DNA of 64,000 bases from Candidatus Omnitrophota bacterium (lineage in GTDB: Bacteria; Omnitrophota; Gorgyraeia; 2-01-FULL-45-10). The stretch lies in the NCBI GenBank assembly GCA_030695905.1, contig JAUYOL010000043.1, positions 194,561-258,560 of the forward strand, read 5' to 3'. This document shows positions 39,940 through 49,102 of this stretch, piece by piece; the stretch's first letter is position 1, and each line of letters begins with the position of its first letter. A program made the translations under genes and the position numbers. The notes under the pieces are model-generated. The model was not told the DNA's origin, made no database searches, and saw only the letters and a list, made by a program, of their open reading frames with translations.

Positions 39940-41630
39940 GAAGATTTTTTGCTGGATTTGCTGGATTTTCTTATATGATCCGAAAGGTAGTTTCCTGTAA
40001 GATCGTCTATAGAATGGGTCAATTCCTGCAATCTCAGCTCCTTTTCAAACCTTATATTCATATCTTTATAGGGATTGGCCATCAGCTCAAGCTGAAGGCG
40101 TTTACGCTCATAATAAGCGCGCCTCAGGTCGTCCAATATATCGTTTCTCAGCTGCACCATAAGCCGCGAGCGCACATCTATATTGGTCTGGTCGTCACTC
40201 CAGATGAGGTCGCCGAGTTCCCACGATACCGAAACACTCCACCCGTCAGATGTATCATCGGGCCCTGACACGACATAGTCTTTCGTGGCGCTTGTATATA
40301 TATCGTACGTATCGGAACGGCTGTTGTCGGCCCCCAAAGAGACCTTTGGCAATAAGGCCCTTGCCTTTGCTTCAGACCGCCACTTCTTTATCTTTTCGGG
40401 ACTCACTTCGGCATACTTTATCGCTGCTTGCTGCAATTCCTTATATGTGGGCTCGCCGTCAAATATCACCTTAAGGGTATTTAAGCTCTTATCTATATCC
40501 GGATAATCATCCATAATGTAATCACCGCGCTGAATACTGTATAGGCCATTATCAGTGACCGCAAATATGGTATTTTCGTCGTCACTTCCGAATATCAGCC
40601 GGCTCACACTCGTGCTCTTCGCGATACCTTTGTATAATTCAAGCCAGCGTGACTTTTCCGCGTCAAATTCAAACACACCCTTATATGTAGCGCAATAGAT
40701 TCTTTTGTTTTTCGCCGAAATGAGTATATGGTTTATTCCCCCTACTAACCCTTCGCGCGAAAGATCCTTCCATGCCTTGCCCTGGTCATCACTATACTTT
40801 ATCTCTTTAGAATAGCCTATATATACCCTGCTTCCGTCGATAGCGATAGTTTTTATCGAAGCATCTGTCTCGTATTCATCTTCTGTTGTATCCTGCGGCT
40901 CATCCGTTTCGATTCTTTCAGAGGCGCTTCTTACAAAAATTCTCTCCCAGTTCCCGCCATCCGCTTTCCTTATATGCAGGCCCGATTCCGTCCCTGCATA
41001 CATATACTCTTTGTTCAAAGCCAGGCAGCTTACTGACATATTCTTAAGAGCGCCGCTTATATCCTGCCAGCGCATTCCAAGATCCTCGCTGGCAAATACG
41101 CCTTTTTCAGTGGCTATGATAATCCGGCTGCGATTATGCCTCGAAAGCTCGATGCAGGTTATATTATTCTTATCCGGCATAATTGTCCTAAAAATATTTA
41201 TCCATCGCTGGCCGTCATCATCGGATCTGAATAGCCCTCTTCTTGTACCTAAAAACATGGCCCTGCTTCTTCCCGCAACACAGGTAATCTGGTTATTTCC
41301 GCTTTGAGGCAGTGAAAAAACAGGCTCCCACTTCTGCTTCACATCTTTTGTCCTGTATAGCGCGCTCTTGGTCGCTATATATAGGGATTCCTTATTAAAA
41401 ACAGCGTCTTTTATTTCCGAATTTTTAACGGCTCCTTCCCTGGCCACCCAGGCATCCTGGGCGTTTATAGCGCCAAAATTCAGAAAAGAAATAGTAATAA
41501 CTACAACGGATAACATAATAATCTTCTTCACGATATCTTCCTCCTTGCCTGCCGGAAGGCAGGCCTTTCGTGGAGCTTCACAATACCATTTATTTGATGT
41601 TTTGTCAATATTTATTTTAATATTTATCAA
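39936..41630 (-). CDS. secreted BNR/Asp-box repeat (beta-propeller, sialidase/Ycf48-like) protein. The caller start at 41630 is a TTG. The likely real start is MLSVVVITISFLNFGAINA at about 41519
   Basis: Repeated SxDxGxxW Asp-box motifs (SDDDGQRW, SEDLGMRW, SDDQGKAW, TKDVKQKW, RKADGGNW). A signal peptide begins at residue 38 of the caller ORF. Confidence 0.6.
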   Translation of the reverse strand: MINIKINIDKTSNKWYCEAPRKACLPAGKEEDIVKKIIMLSVVVITISFLNFGAINAQDAWVAREGAVKNSEIKDAVFNKESLYIATKSALYRTKDVKQKWEPVFSLPQSGNNQITCVAGRSRAMFLGTRRGLFRSDDDGQRWINIFRTIMPDKNNITCIELSRHNRSRIIIATEKGVFASEDLGMRWQDISGALKNMSVSCLALNKEYMYAGTESGLHIRKADGGNWERIFVRSASERIETDEPQDTTEDEYETDASIKTIAIDGSRVYIGYSKEIKYSDDQGKAWKDLSREGLVGGINHILISAKNKRIYCATYKGVFEFDAEKSRWLELYKGIAKSTSVSRLIFGSDDENTIFAVTDNGLYSIQRGDYIMDDYPDIDKSLNTLKVIFDGEPTYKELQQAAIKYAEVSPEKIKKWRSEAKARALLPKVSLGADNSRSDTYDIYTSATKDYVVSGPDDTSDGWSVSVSWELGDLIWSDDQTNIDVRSRLMVQLRNDILDDLRRAYYERKRLQLELMANPYKDMNIRFEKELRLQELTHSIDDLTGNYLSDHIRKSSKSSKKSS

Positions 41631-41644
41631 TAATATATATCGCC

Positions 41645-41672
41645 TTGCCTTTAAGCGTCCATATGCTATAAT
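41645..41672 (+). promoter_or_regulatory. putative sigma-70 promoter (TTGCCT-16-TATAAT) ending 6 nt before the ATG of the CHASE2-GGDEF gene
   Basis: Sequence ttgcctttaagcgtccatatgctataat is followed by tgttgcATG. No SD is visible, so a leaderless transcript is possible. Confidence 0.35.
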
Positions 41673-41678
41673 TGTTGC

Positions 41679-43331
41679 ATGTTTAAGGACAAAAGAATAC
41701 AGGCACTGGCTATATCGCTTATCCTATGCATATCCTATTTCTTATGGATTGCGCCATTAAAACCTATCCGTATAGCCAATCTAAAGATCATAGACACATA
41801 CTTTGCGCTTAGCTCTAAAGTGACCTCTTCCCCAAAAGCCTTTGAAGATATAGTGCTCGTTACTATCGACGATGAATCGCTGCGGCGGATAAATATCCAG
41901 TGGCCGTGGCCCAGAAGCGTCATAGCGGGTATCATAAGCAAAATTTCACAGCAGGGCCCGCGGCTGATCTTGGCCGATCTTGTATTTGCCGGAAAGAGCG
42001 TTAACCCGGAAGAAGACCTGGCGCTTATAAACACGCTAAAAGATTCTAAGAACGTTATAGGCGCGGCATACTTCGGTAATGACGGCAGATACGTTATCCC
42101 CGATGAGCCGATAGCTCTTAGTCTGGCGGATTTTGGGTTTGTGAATAAACCAAGAGACGCGGACAATTCTGTCAGAAGGACAAGGCCTTACTTCCTGTCG
42201 CCTTCAGGAGAAGTCATAGATTATTCCCTTTCTCTAAAGGCGGCCGGGCGTATCCTAAATATGCCGACAGCCGGCCTTGCGGCTACACTGCCCTTATCAA
42301 AAGACGGTACCGCATATATTAAATTTTTCGGCAGGACGGAAAAATTTAATATTGTCCCCGTATGGAAAATTATGGATAGCAGTATTAACACCATTCCCTT
42401 AAAAAACAAGACAGTACTATTGGGCGTAACCAGCGAATCTTTCCATGATGCATACAGTACACCACTGGGAATAATGCCCGGGCTGACCATAGACCTAAAT
42501 GAAATGCTTACATACACGAATAAAAAATTCTTTCGTTACGCGGCTGGCAATATGAACTCAGTCATCATATTCCTCTTTCTCCTGATGGCCGTGATGGGGG
42601 CATTAAGGCTTCATGTCATCACAGGCACCGTCTTTGGCATAGCGTTAATTGCGGCATCTTTCTTCCTGGGGTTATTTTTATTCACAAAATATATAATAAC
42701 AGATACTTTCGGCGCGATATTTCTTATAGCCGCATCCACCATATTATTGCACGGAGCCAGGTCCGTACTTTTGGCACTGGAAAATATAGTACTAAAGAAA
42801 GAGGCTATTACAGACGGTCTTACAGGCTTATTTTTATACAGATACTTTGAGCTACAGCTTAAGAGGGAATTAAAAAACGCGTCTTCAGGCAGTAAAAATC
42901 TTGCGCTGGTACTATATGATATCGACCACTTTAAGAAGATAAATGACACATTTGGTCATGAATTCGGCAACACTGTACTAAGGGCGATAGCAAGGAGCCT
43001 TAAGAACCACACCAGGAAAAATAACGTAATAGCCCGCTATGGCGGAGAAGAGTTCTGTATTATAGTTACAGGAATGGGCCGTGACCACGCTATAAAATAT
43101 GCTGATAGGCTGCGGAATCTGGTTGGCAGCCTGGAATTTAAAACCGATAAGGGCGAAATAATCAGGGTCGCCATGAGCGCCGGCATAGCAATGATAGGAG
43201 ATGTCCCTTCGGATAATCCCAGCGAATTTGTAAAAGCGGCTGACTGCGCGCTCTATAGGTCTAAAAACAGCGGACGCAACAGAATTAGTGTTTTTGATAA
43301 GAATTTGGATGATATAAATAGATGCGGATAA
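41679..43331 (+). CDS. CHASE2 sensor domain-containing diguanylate cyclase (GGEEF)
   Basis: 550 aa. N-terminal TM, a roughly 270-aa extracytoplasmic domain, three TMs, then a GGDEF domain with ARYGGEEFCIIV. The I-site is degenerate (RKNN). Confidence 0.8.
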   Translation: MFKDKRIQALAISLILCISYFLWIAPLKPIRIANLKIIDTYFALSSKVTSSPKAFEDIVLVTIDDESLRRINIQWPWPRSVIAGIISKISQQGPRLILADLVFAGKSVNPEEDLALINTLKDSKNVIGAAYFGNDGRYVIPDEPIALSLADFGFVNKPRDADNSVRRTRPYFLSPSGEVIDYSLSLKAAGRILNMPTAGLAATLPLSKDGTAYIKFFGRTEKFNIVPVWKIMDSSINTIPLKNKTVLLGVTSESFHDAYSTPLGIMPGLTIDLNEMLTYTNKKFFRYAAGNMNSVIIFLFLLMAVMGALRLHVITGTVFGIALIAASFFLGLFLFTKYIITDTFGAIFLIAASTILLHGARSVLLALENIVLKKEAITDGLTGLFLYRYFELQLKRELKNASSGSKNLALVLYDIDHFKKINDTFGHEFGNTVLRAIARSLKNHTRKNNVIARYGGEEFCIIVTGMGRDHAIKYADRLRNLVGSLEFKTDKGEIIRVAMSAGIAMIGDVPSDNPSEFVKAADCALYRSKNSGRNRISVFDKNLDDINRCG

Positions 43332-45497
43332 TTATTTCTGTGATGATTTTACGGTTTCCAACACCTTCGACAATCTCTTCGTAAATGAGCCCATCATAGC
43401 CTTCATCTTCTCTTCAAGTAGTTTCTTATTCGGATCTATGTATTGTTTGCGGTACTTGGCTTCCTGCTGAAGTATATACTCTTCCTCGAAGCCCTTCTTC
43501 TCCATCCTTCTTATCTTATCGAGTATCTTATCCACTTCATTGGGTTCGAGCTTAGACAACTCCTGTTCCATCATATTCTTGGAGAGAATGTTGTTGAGCT
43601 GAAGCAAAGCAATATTCTTTGAGATTATCTTCTTCATATCATCATAATACGGCTTTACCGACTCCTGATACTCGAGAATTATCTTGCCCTTCGATGTATT
43701 GAGTTCGGAGAATATGTTCTTCACATTGGATACATCGCCATCCTTCAATAGATCGGGAATGGCTTGTGCTATTAATATGGCTGCCACAGCTTGAAGCAGA
43801 TCGTCTGATGCTTTCTTTAGTTCGGGTGAGCCGGATTCCTGCTCCTGTCTTTTTACTTCATTCAGCAATGCCGTCATCACATCGAGCATAAGCCTCTGGT
43901 CCTGGGTAGGATTTTTGAGTATATTGGCAAGTTTTGCGGCGATATCCATCTCCTGAGCGCTTACCCCGGCCTGAGGGACAGCTAAAGCTGATCTACCCAG
44001 CGCATCATCCACTATTCCCGCAAGTAACTTAGGGTCAACTGCACCCTGAGACCCTCTTTGTAATGCTCCCTTATTAGCCAAAAGACCCTTAAATATTGAG
44101 GCGAGACCGTTAGCTCCTAATGCTTTCCCTGAGTCGATACTTCCAGGATATAAAACCGACTCCAAAAACAACTTGTTGTCATCGAGCCTATCATTATTGA
44201 GAAATAACGTATTGGAAGTAGATACTGATGAAGTATTGGCTAATAAGCTGCTGGAGCCGGTCTCAAGGTTCGGCGCCGTCTTGGTACTTGCCATGGATAT
44301 GGCGGGGGTATAGCTGCCGTAAGAATAAGACAAAAGCCTGCTGTCTGCTTCGCTGGCGAAATAATCTCCGCTGGATGACAAAGACAGCCCGCCATTCAGG
44401 GAAATGCCATAAACGCTATTATAATTATTATCCGTAGAAATTACGGTTGACATCGCTCCGGACGTATTCACCGTCATAGATGATCCGGGAATAGACAGGA
44501 ACATGTATTGCTGATATATGCCGGTTACACTCACCCCTATCCCCGTATTAAAATCATTATCCTCAAGCGTGATAGATGAACCATTGACACGTATTCCCGA
44601 ATCAGCGGAAAGGCCATAATATCCCGTAAAGTCTCCAGCATTGAATGTATTATTGCTTATAACCAGATCTGAGGATCTGTCAATGTGTATTCCTGCATAA
44701 CCATCTTCCCCATACACTGAAGTACTGGAAACATTGAATGTGAATCCGTCAATCTCTGTGAGGTTATCGATATTCTCCGCATACATGAAACCGTTTATAA
44801 TAGTCGGGGTATTTTCAAGATCTCTTTCTCCGCTTTCGCTATATCCGCCGTAAAGACTCACGCCGTTTTTAATAACCAGCGGATCAGCGACATTGCCCCA
44901 TTCATACATGTAATATGCTGGATCGTATATGCCTCCTTTTACGATTACTCTGTCTCCCTCACCGGCTATATCTATAGCCTCTTGTATCGCGCCTTTGCCT
45001 ACATCATCAAATCCCGCGTATACATACTTTTGCCCATCAATGACTTCGGATATTAACCGGCCATCCTCATATACCTGGTCTGTGCCCGAGCCTATATCCA
45101 CATCATAGCTTACCGCCGCTTCGGCAACCTCGGTTGAAGTTGATGCTGTTTCCGCATCTCCGTCACTATCCCCCCTGGCACCGGTCTTCTTCTTTAGCTC
45201 GAGCGTAGGCTTATCCATAGCGTCTTCTTTGACCTTGTCAGATAGGTTGGTATCCATATATTCGGCTGAAGTATTGGGCAAATTCTTCTTACTGCTTATC
45301 TGGCTGATTATAGCGTCTGTCTTCTGTTTGGAGGCATTAATATATCCCGGAGAGAATACACTAGACTGGCCATTGGACAGACGATCGCTGTTGTCGTCCG
45401 CGGCGGAATACGAGCCCTGGACAAAAATTATAGATATGGCTAAAATAATAGATATTATTAACATTTTTTTCATGACTACGCCCCTTAAGTTGTACAT
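43332..45497 (-). CDS. secreted parallel beta-helix (PbH1) repeat protein, paralog 1
   Basis: 721 aa. Signal peptide; central repeats with ISNNTF/LEDNDF-type PbH1 motifs; conserved helical C-terminal domain shared with the neighbouring gene. Confidence 0.6.
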   Translation of the reverse strand: MYNLRGVVMKKMLIISIILAISIIFVQGSYSAADDNSDRLSNGQSSVFSPGYINASKQKTDAIISQISSKKNLPNTSAEYMDTNLSDKVKEDAMDKPTLELKKKTGARGDSDGDAETASTSTEVAEAAVSYDVDIGSGTDQVYEDGRLISEVIDGQKYVYAGFDDVGKGAIQEAIDIAGEGDRVIVKGGIYDPAYYMYEWGNVADPLVIKNGVSLYGGYSESGERDLENTPTIINGFMYAENIDNLTEIDGFTFNVSSTSVYGEDGYAGIHIDRSSDLVISNNTFNAGDFTGYYGLSADSGIRVNGSSITLEDNDFNTGIGVSVTGIYQQYMFLSIPGSSMTVNTSGAMSTVISTDNNYNSVYGISLNGGLSLSSSGDYFASEADSRLLSYSYGSYTPAISMASTKTAPNLETGSSSLLANTSSVSTSNTLFLNNDRLDDNKLFLESVLYPGSIDSGKALGANGLASIFKGLLANKGALQRGSQGAVDPKLLAGIVDDALGRSALAVPQAGVSAQEMDIAAKLANILKNPTQDQRLMLDVMTALLNEVKRQEQESGSPELKKASDDLLQAVAAILIAQAIPDLLKDGDVSNVKNIFSELNTSKGKIILEYQESVKPYYDDMKKIISKNIALLQLNNILSKNMMEQELSKLEPNEVDKILDKIRRMEKKGFEEEYILQQEAKYRKQYIDPNKKLLEEKMKAMMGSFTKRLSKVLETVKSSQK
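43340..43850. repeat. about 500-bp direct repeat, near-identical to 45512..46010 (the 3' coding ends of the two beta-helix paralogs)
   Basis: Direct comparison of the two DNA stretches shows only scattered mismatches over about 490 bp. Identity drops abruptly further into the genes. Confidence 0.8.
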
Positions 45498-47557
45498 TAC
45501 TTTTTAGCCGTATTTACAGCCTCCAATACCTTCGACAATCTCTTCGTAAATGAGCCCATCATAGCCTTCATCTTCTCTTTAAGCAGTTTCTTGTTCGGAT
45601 CTATATATTGTTTGCGGTACTTGGCTTCCTGCTGAAGTATATACTCTTCCTCGAAGCCCTTCTTCTCCATCTTTCTTATCTTATCGAGTATCTTATCCAC
45701 TTCATTGGGTTCGAGCTTAGACAACTCCTGTTCCATCATATTCTTGGAGAGAATGTTGTTGAGCTGAAGCAAAGCAATATTCTTTGATAGCAATTTCTTT
45801 GTCTCGTCATAATATGGCTTTACCGACTCCTGATACTCGAGAATTATCTTGCCCTTCGATGTATTGAGTTCGGAGAATATGTTCTTCACATTGGACACAT
45901 CGCCCTCCTTCAATAGATCGGGAATGGCTTGTGCTATTAATATGGCTGCCACAGCTTGAAGCAGATCGTCTGATGCTTTCTTTAGTTCGGGTGAGCCGGA
46001 TTGACCTTCTATATTATTGACCATATTCAACAGGCTCTCCACAACACTAAGAACCTCTTTCTGATCCTGGGTTGGATTTTTGAGTATATTAGCCAATGCA
46101 AGAGCTAATTCCATTTGAGGACCGTTTATTCCAGTCATAGGAATCGATAATGCCGATCTTTCTAACGAATCACCCACCAGCTTTATCAGAAGCGCTGGAT
46201 CTACTTGCCCTGTCGCGCTAACCATCAAAGCGTCTTTGCTTCCAAGCAAGCTTTTAAATATAGAAGAAATAGCTCCGGCATCCGAAGGACTTAGGGTCTT
46301 AACCGCCAATAGTGAGCTTTGGTAAATATCGCTATTATCGCGCTTATTATAAGAAAGATCGTTGGTGGTATAATTAGACAGTCCAGCGTTAATAGACTGT
46401 GCGGTATCCACTTGCACAGTCGGACGCAACGACGAACCTACTATTGATACATCAGCAGTATAAGCCGATCCCGGACGGTCAATAAACTGACCTCCGCTGA
46501 AATAGTCATTGACAGATTTAATTATTGAGTGGCCGCCTGAGGATATTCCAATGGAGCCATTGAAATCGTTATTTTTTGTCTGAATATAAGAAGAAGATCC
46601 GGAATATTGAAGAATAGGCGATGGGGCATTTTTACCGTATACGTATATGGCTGTTTCCACATTAAAAATATTATTCCGAATATCCAGGAAGGCGGAATTT
46701 GCCACTATCCCGAGACTCCTACTATCGCTACTGACAAAAATATTGTTGCTGATAGTAAGATTTTGTGAGTACGATGCCGATACCCCAGAGCCGGATTTAG
46801 CGATATCCAGCGTAAACCCGTCGATCTCTGTAGGTTTAGTTATAAACGAGGCGGTCAAGTAACCATTAATAAGGGTGGTAGTATTATTTACAACATCCCT
46901 ACTGCCAGCTTCATTATATCCACCGTAGAGGCTGATACCATTTCGTACTTGTAATAAGGACACTATTCTGCCATCCGGCCTTTCCAAGCTAAGGCTATAC
47001 GTCCCTGCCTTTACCAATATATTGTCTCCTGCAGTTGCGGACCTCACAGCATCGATTATGCTGCTCTTCCCGATATTGTCGAAGCCAACGTACATAAATC
47101 TTTGACCGTCTATTACCTCAGATATCATGCGGCCGCTACTGTCATACGTTTTATTTGTCCCGCTGCCTATACCTATATTATTGTACTTCGATGAATCACG
47201 CATATCGGTCTTGGCAGCTGCCGTTAAATCTTTAGCCTCTCCACTTGCGGCCACGGCTTGGCTCGTCTTCTTCTTTAGTTCGAGTGTAGGCTTATTCATA
47301 GCATCTTCCTTGACCTTATCGGATAGGTTAGTATCCATATATTCGGCCGAAGTATTGGACAGGTTGTTTTTCTTGCCATTTATCTGATTTATAATAGCAT
47401 CTGTCTTCTGCTTAGTTGCGTTGATATACCCGGGAGAGAATATGCCGGTCTGCTCATTGGACAAAAGATCACTCTTGTCGTCCATAGCGGAATATGAGCC
47501 CTGGGCGAACACCGCTGATATTGCCAGAATAGTGAAAACTACCGCTAATCTTTTCAT
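45497..47557 (-). CDS. secreted parallel beta-helix (PbH1) repeat protein, paralog 2
   Basis: 686 aa. N-terminal 100 aa and C-terminal 165 aa are nearly identical to paralog 1; the middle is divergent with IRNNIF/TKNNDF repeats. Its stop overlaps the paralog 1 start. Confidence 0.6.
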   Translation of the reverse strand: MKRLAVVFTILAISAVFAQGSYSAMDDKSDLLSNEQTGIFSPGYINATKQKTDAIINQINGKKNNLSNTSAEYMDTNLSDKVKEDAMNKPTLELKKKTSQAVAASGEAKDLTAAAKTDMRDSSKYNNIGIGSGTNKTYDSSGRMISEVIDGQRFMYVGFDNIGKSSIIDAVRSATAGDNILVKAGTYSLSLERPDGRIVSLLQVRNGISLYGGYNEAGSRDVVNNTTTLINGYLTASFITKPTEIDGFTLDIAKSGSGVSASYSQNLTISNNIFVSSDSRSLGIVANSAFLDIRNNIFNVETAIYVYGKNAPSPILQYSGSSSYIQTKNNDFNGSIGISSGGHSIIKSVNDYFSGGQFIDRPGSAYTADVSIVGSSLRPTVQVDTAQSINAGLSNYTTNDLSYNKRDNSDIYQSSLLAVKTLSPSDAGAISSIFKSLLGSKDALMVSATGQVDPALLIKLVGDSLERSALSIPMTGINGPQMELALALANILKNPTQDQKEVLSVVESLLNMVNNIEGQSGSPELKKASDDLLQAVAAILIAQAIPDLLKEGDVSNVKNIFSELNTSKGKIILEYQESVKPYYDETKKLLSKNIALLQLNNILSKNMMEQELSKLEPNEVDKILDKIRKMEKKGFEEEYILQQEAKYRKQYIDPNKKLLKEKMKAMMGSFTKRLSKVLEAVNTAKK

Positions 47558-47607
47558 GGCTATGCCTCTTTCGTAAAAAACTTTTAAAAAGATTTGTATA
47601 AAAACCC

Positions 47608-47636
47608 ATAAAAAAACACACTCGCCGTGTGTTTTA
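47608..47636 (-). terminator. rho-independent terminator downstream of the HAMP-GGDEF gene
   Basis: The plus strand reads aaaaaacacac-tcgcc-gtgtgtttt, a perfect 8-bp stem with a 5-nt loop flanked by A and T tracts (so bidirectional in form). It lies about 100 nt after the stop at 47738. Confidence 0.55.
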
Positions 47637-47737
47637 TCGGCTGTTTATACATCTAACTTTCTCTTCCCTTCACTATATAATATACCATATATATACAGCC
47701 AATACAATGGAGCAAAATATAACTTTTTTCTATTTAA

Positions 47738-49102
47738 CTAAACCGTCCTCCTATCAAGTATGAAGTTACTTTTCTTTACCTGTTTGGCCTTCACTTTTAT
47801 GCTAACGGCTATATTTGTCAATTCTCCATAACTCGATATCGGCCTTACCTGATTAGTGACACCTGCCATGGATATACTCATTATAGGAAATTTGACAATC
47901 TCTCCCTTCCTGTCCTTCTCCATAATAAAACCCGTCTTTAGGTCTTCTTCTGAATAAAAGGTTCTCACCTTAGAGTCAAATTCGGATATTATTTCCCCAG
48001 TTACTAAATCGACTTTATCCGGCGTTGTTATAATAAAAAAGTCATCGCCACCCTCATGGCCCAGAAAGTCTCCCGTGTTCCCTTTAGATCTTATTGCGCC
48101 TTCCAATACTTTGCTCGTAAATTTAATTACCTCGTCGCCCTTCGCTATACCGTATCTGTCATTGTATGCTTTAAAATTATCCAGATCCACATGTACCGCC
48201 ACAAACTTACTTCCCCTGGCTATCCTGCTTTCCACCTCATCCCGTATAACATTGTTCCCGGGCAATTTTGTAAGCGGATTGGCGTTTTCAGCCTTCTCCT
48301 TCATTTTCTTTAAGGCAATCGTCATCTCGTTGAATGTTTCTCCAAGTTCCTGTATTTCATCATTTGTGTTAATAGAGACCTTCATATCCAGATTGCCGCT
48401 GGCTATTTCCTTGGTCGCGCTATTAAGAACCTCTATGGGCCATACCACCGTTTTCAATAGAATAAACCCGAGCACCAAATTGCCCAGTATAACGGCTATT
48501 GAAGTAAGGACTATGGGCACCATCGTATCCACAATTGCCTGGCTTATATTCCCTATGGAAAAAGATAGTTTTGCTATATATTTTTTTACCGCTCCTGTGG
48601 CAAGGGGTATATAAATATCTATTATCTTGGTGTTCTCATTAATTGACGAATAGAACCAGGATTCCTGCCCGGTTGCGCGGGAAAGATTGCTGTATGTCTC
48701 TATATCCTGCGCGGCCTCGCCAAACTCTCTCACTATAGGATCGTTTGTAGTTACTACTTTTCCGTCCATGGATAGAACCGATATCTTTTCCACTACACCT
48801 TCACTGGAAAAAGAATCTATGGCTGCGCCGAATATGCCGGACAATTCATCTTCGCCCTGCATATCCTTGGCGAGCATCTCCAAAGTGGTCTTGACTATTA
48901 TTGTGCTAAGACGGGCGCGGTATTTATTGTAAGCGTTGAGCCTCTCGAGATGATTATTAAGCTGTATTGAAGTGAAGGTAAAAATAAAAAGAAGCGACAA
49001 GGCGCTTATGACAATACCGACTCTTACATGTAGCTTAAATTTGGGCATGGATTTTACTTTATATCCTTTAGTTCCAGCTGTATCGACTGCACCCCCTGCC
49101 AA
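47738..49102 (-). CDS. membrane sensor with HAMP domain and a GGDEF-family domain carrying a GGDDF motif
   Basis: 454 aa. N-terminal TM, a periplasmic region, a second TM, HAMP (GNLDMKVSINTNDEIQELGETFNEM), then a GGDEF fold (LDNFKAYNDRYG...GHEGGDDFFII). No RxxD I-site. Confidence 0.8.
   Translation of the reverse strand: MAGGAVDTAGTKGYKVKSMPKFKLHVRVGIVISALSLLFIFTFTSIQLNNHLERLNAYNKYRARLSTIIVKTTLEMLAKDMQGEDELSGIFGAAIDSFSSEGVVEKISVLSMDGKVVTTNDPIVREFGEAAQDIETYSNLSRATGQESWFYSSINENTKIIDIYIPLATGAVKKYIAKLSFSIGNISQAIVDTMVPIVLTSIAVILGNLVLGFILLKTVVWPIEVLNSATKEIASGNLDMKVSINTNDEIQELGETFNEMTIALKKMKEKAENANPLTKLPGNNVIRDEVESRIARGSKFVAVHVDLDNFKAYNDRYGIAKGDEVIKFTSKVLEGAIRSKGNTGDFLGHEGGDDFFIITTPDKVDLVTGEIISEFDSKVRTFYSEEDLKTGFIMEKDRKGEIVKFPIMSISMAGVTNQVRPISSYGELTNIAVSIKVKAKQVKKSNFILDRRTV

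Noticed and set aside
45229-45507. 92-aa plus-strand ORF spanning the junction between the two beta-helix paralogs
   Set aside because: It is antisense to both paralog coding ends and has no features. The junction is better explained by translational coupling of the two minus-strand genes
47661-47700. Plus-strand TATAAT-like sequence (ctatataatatacc)
   Set aside because: There is no plus-strand gene downstream. The region serves the minus-strand paralog gene (SD aagagg upstream of its ATG at 47557)
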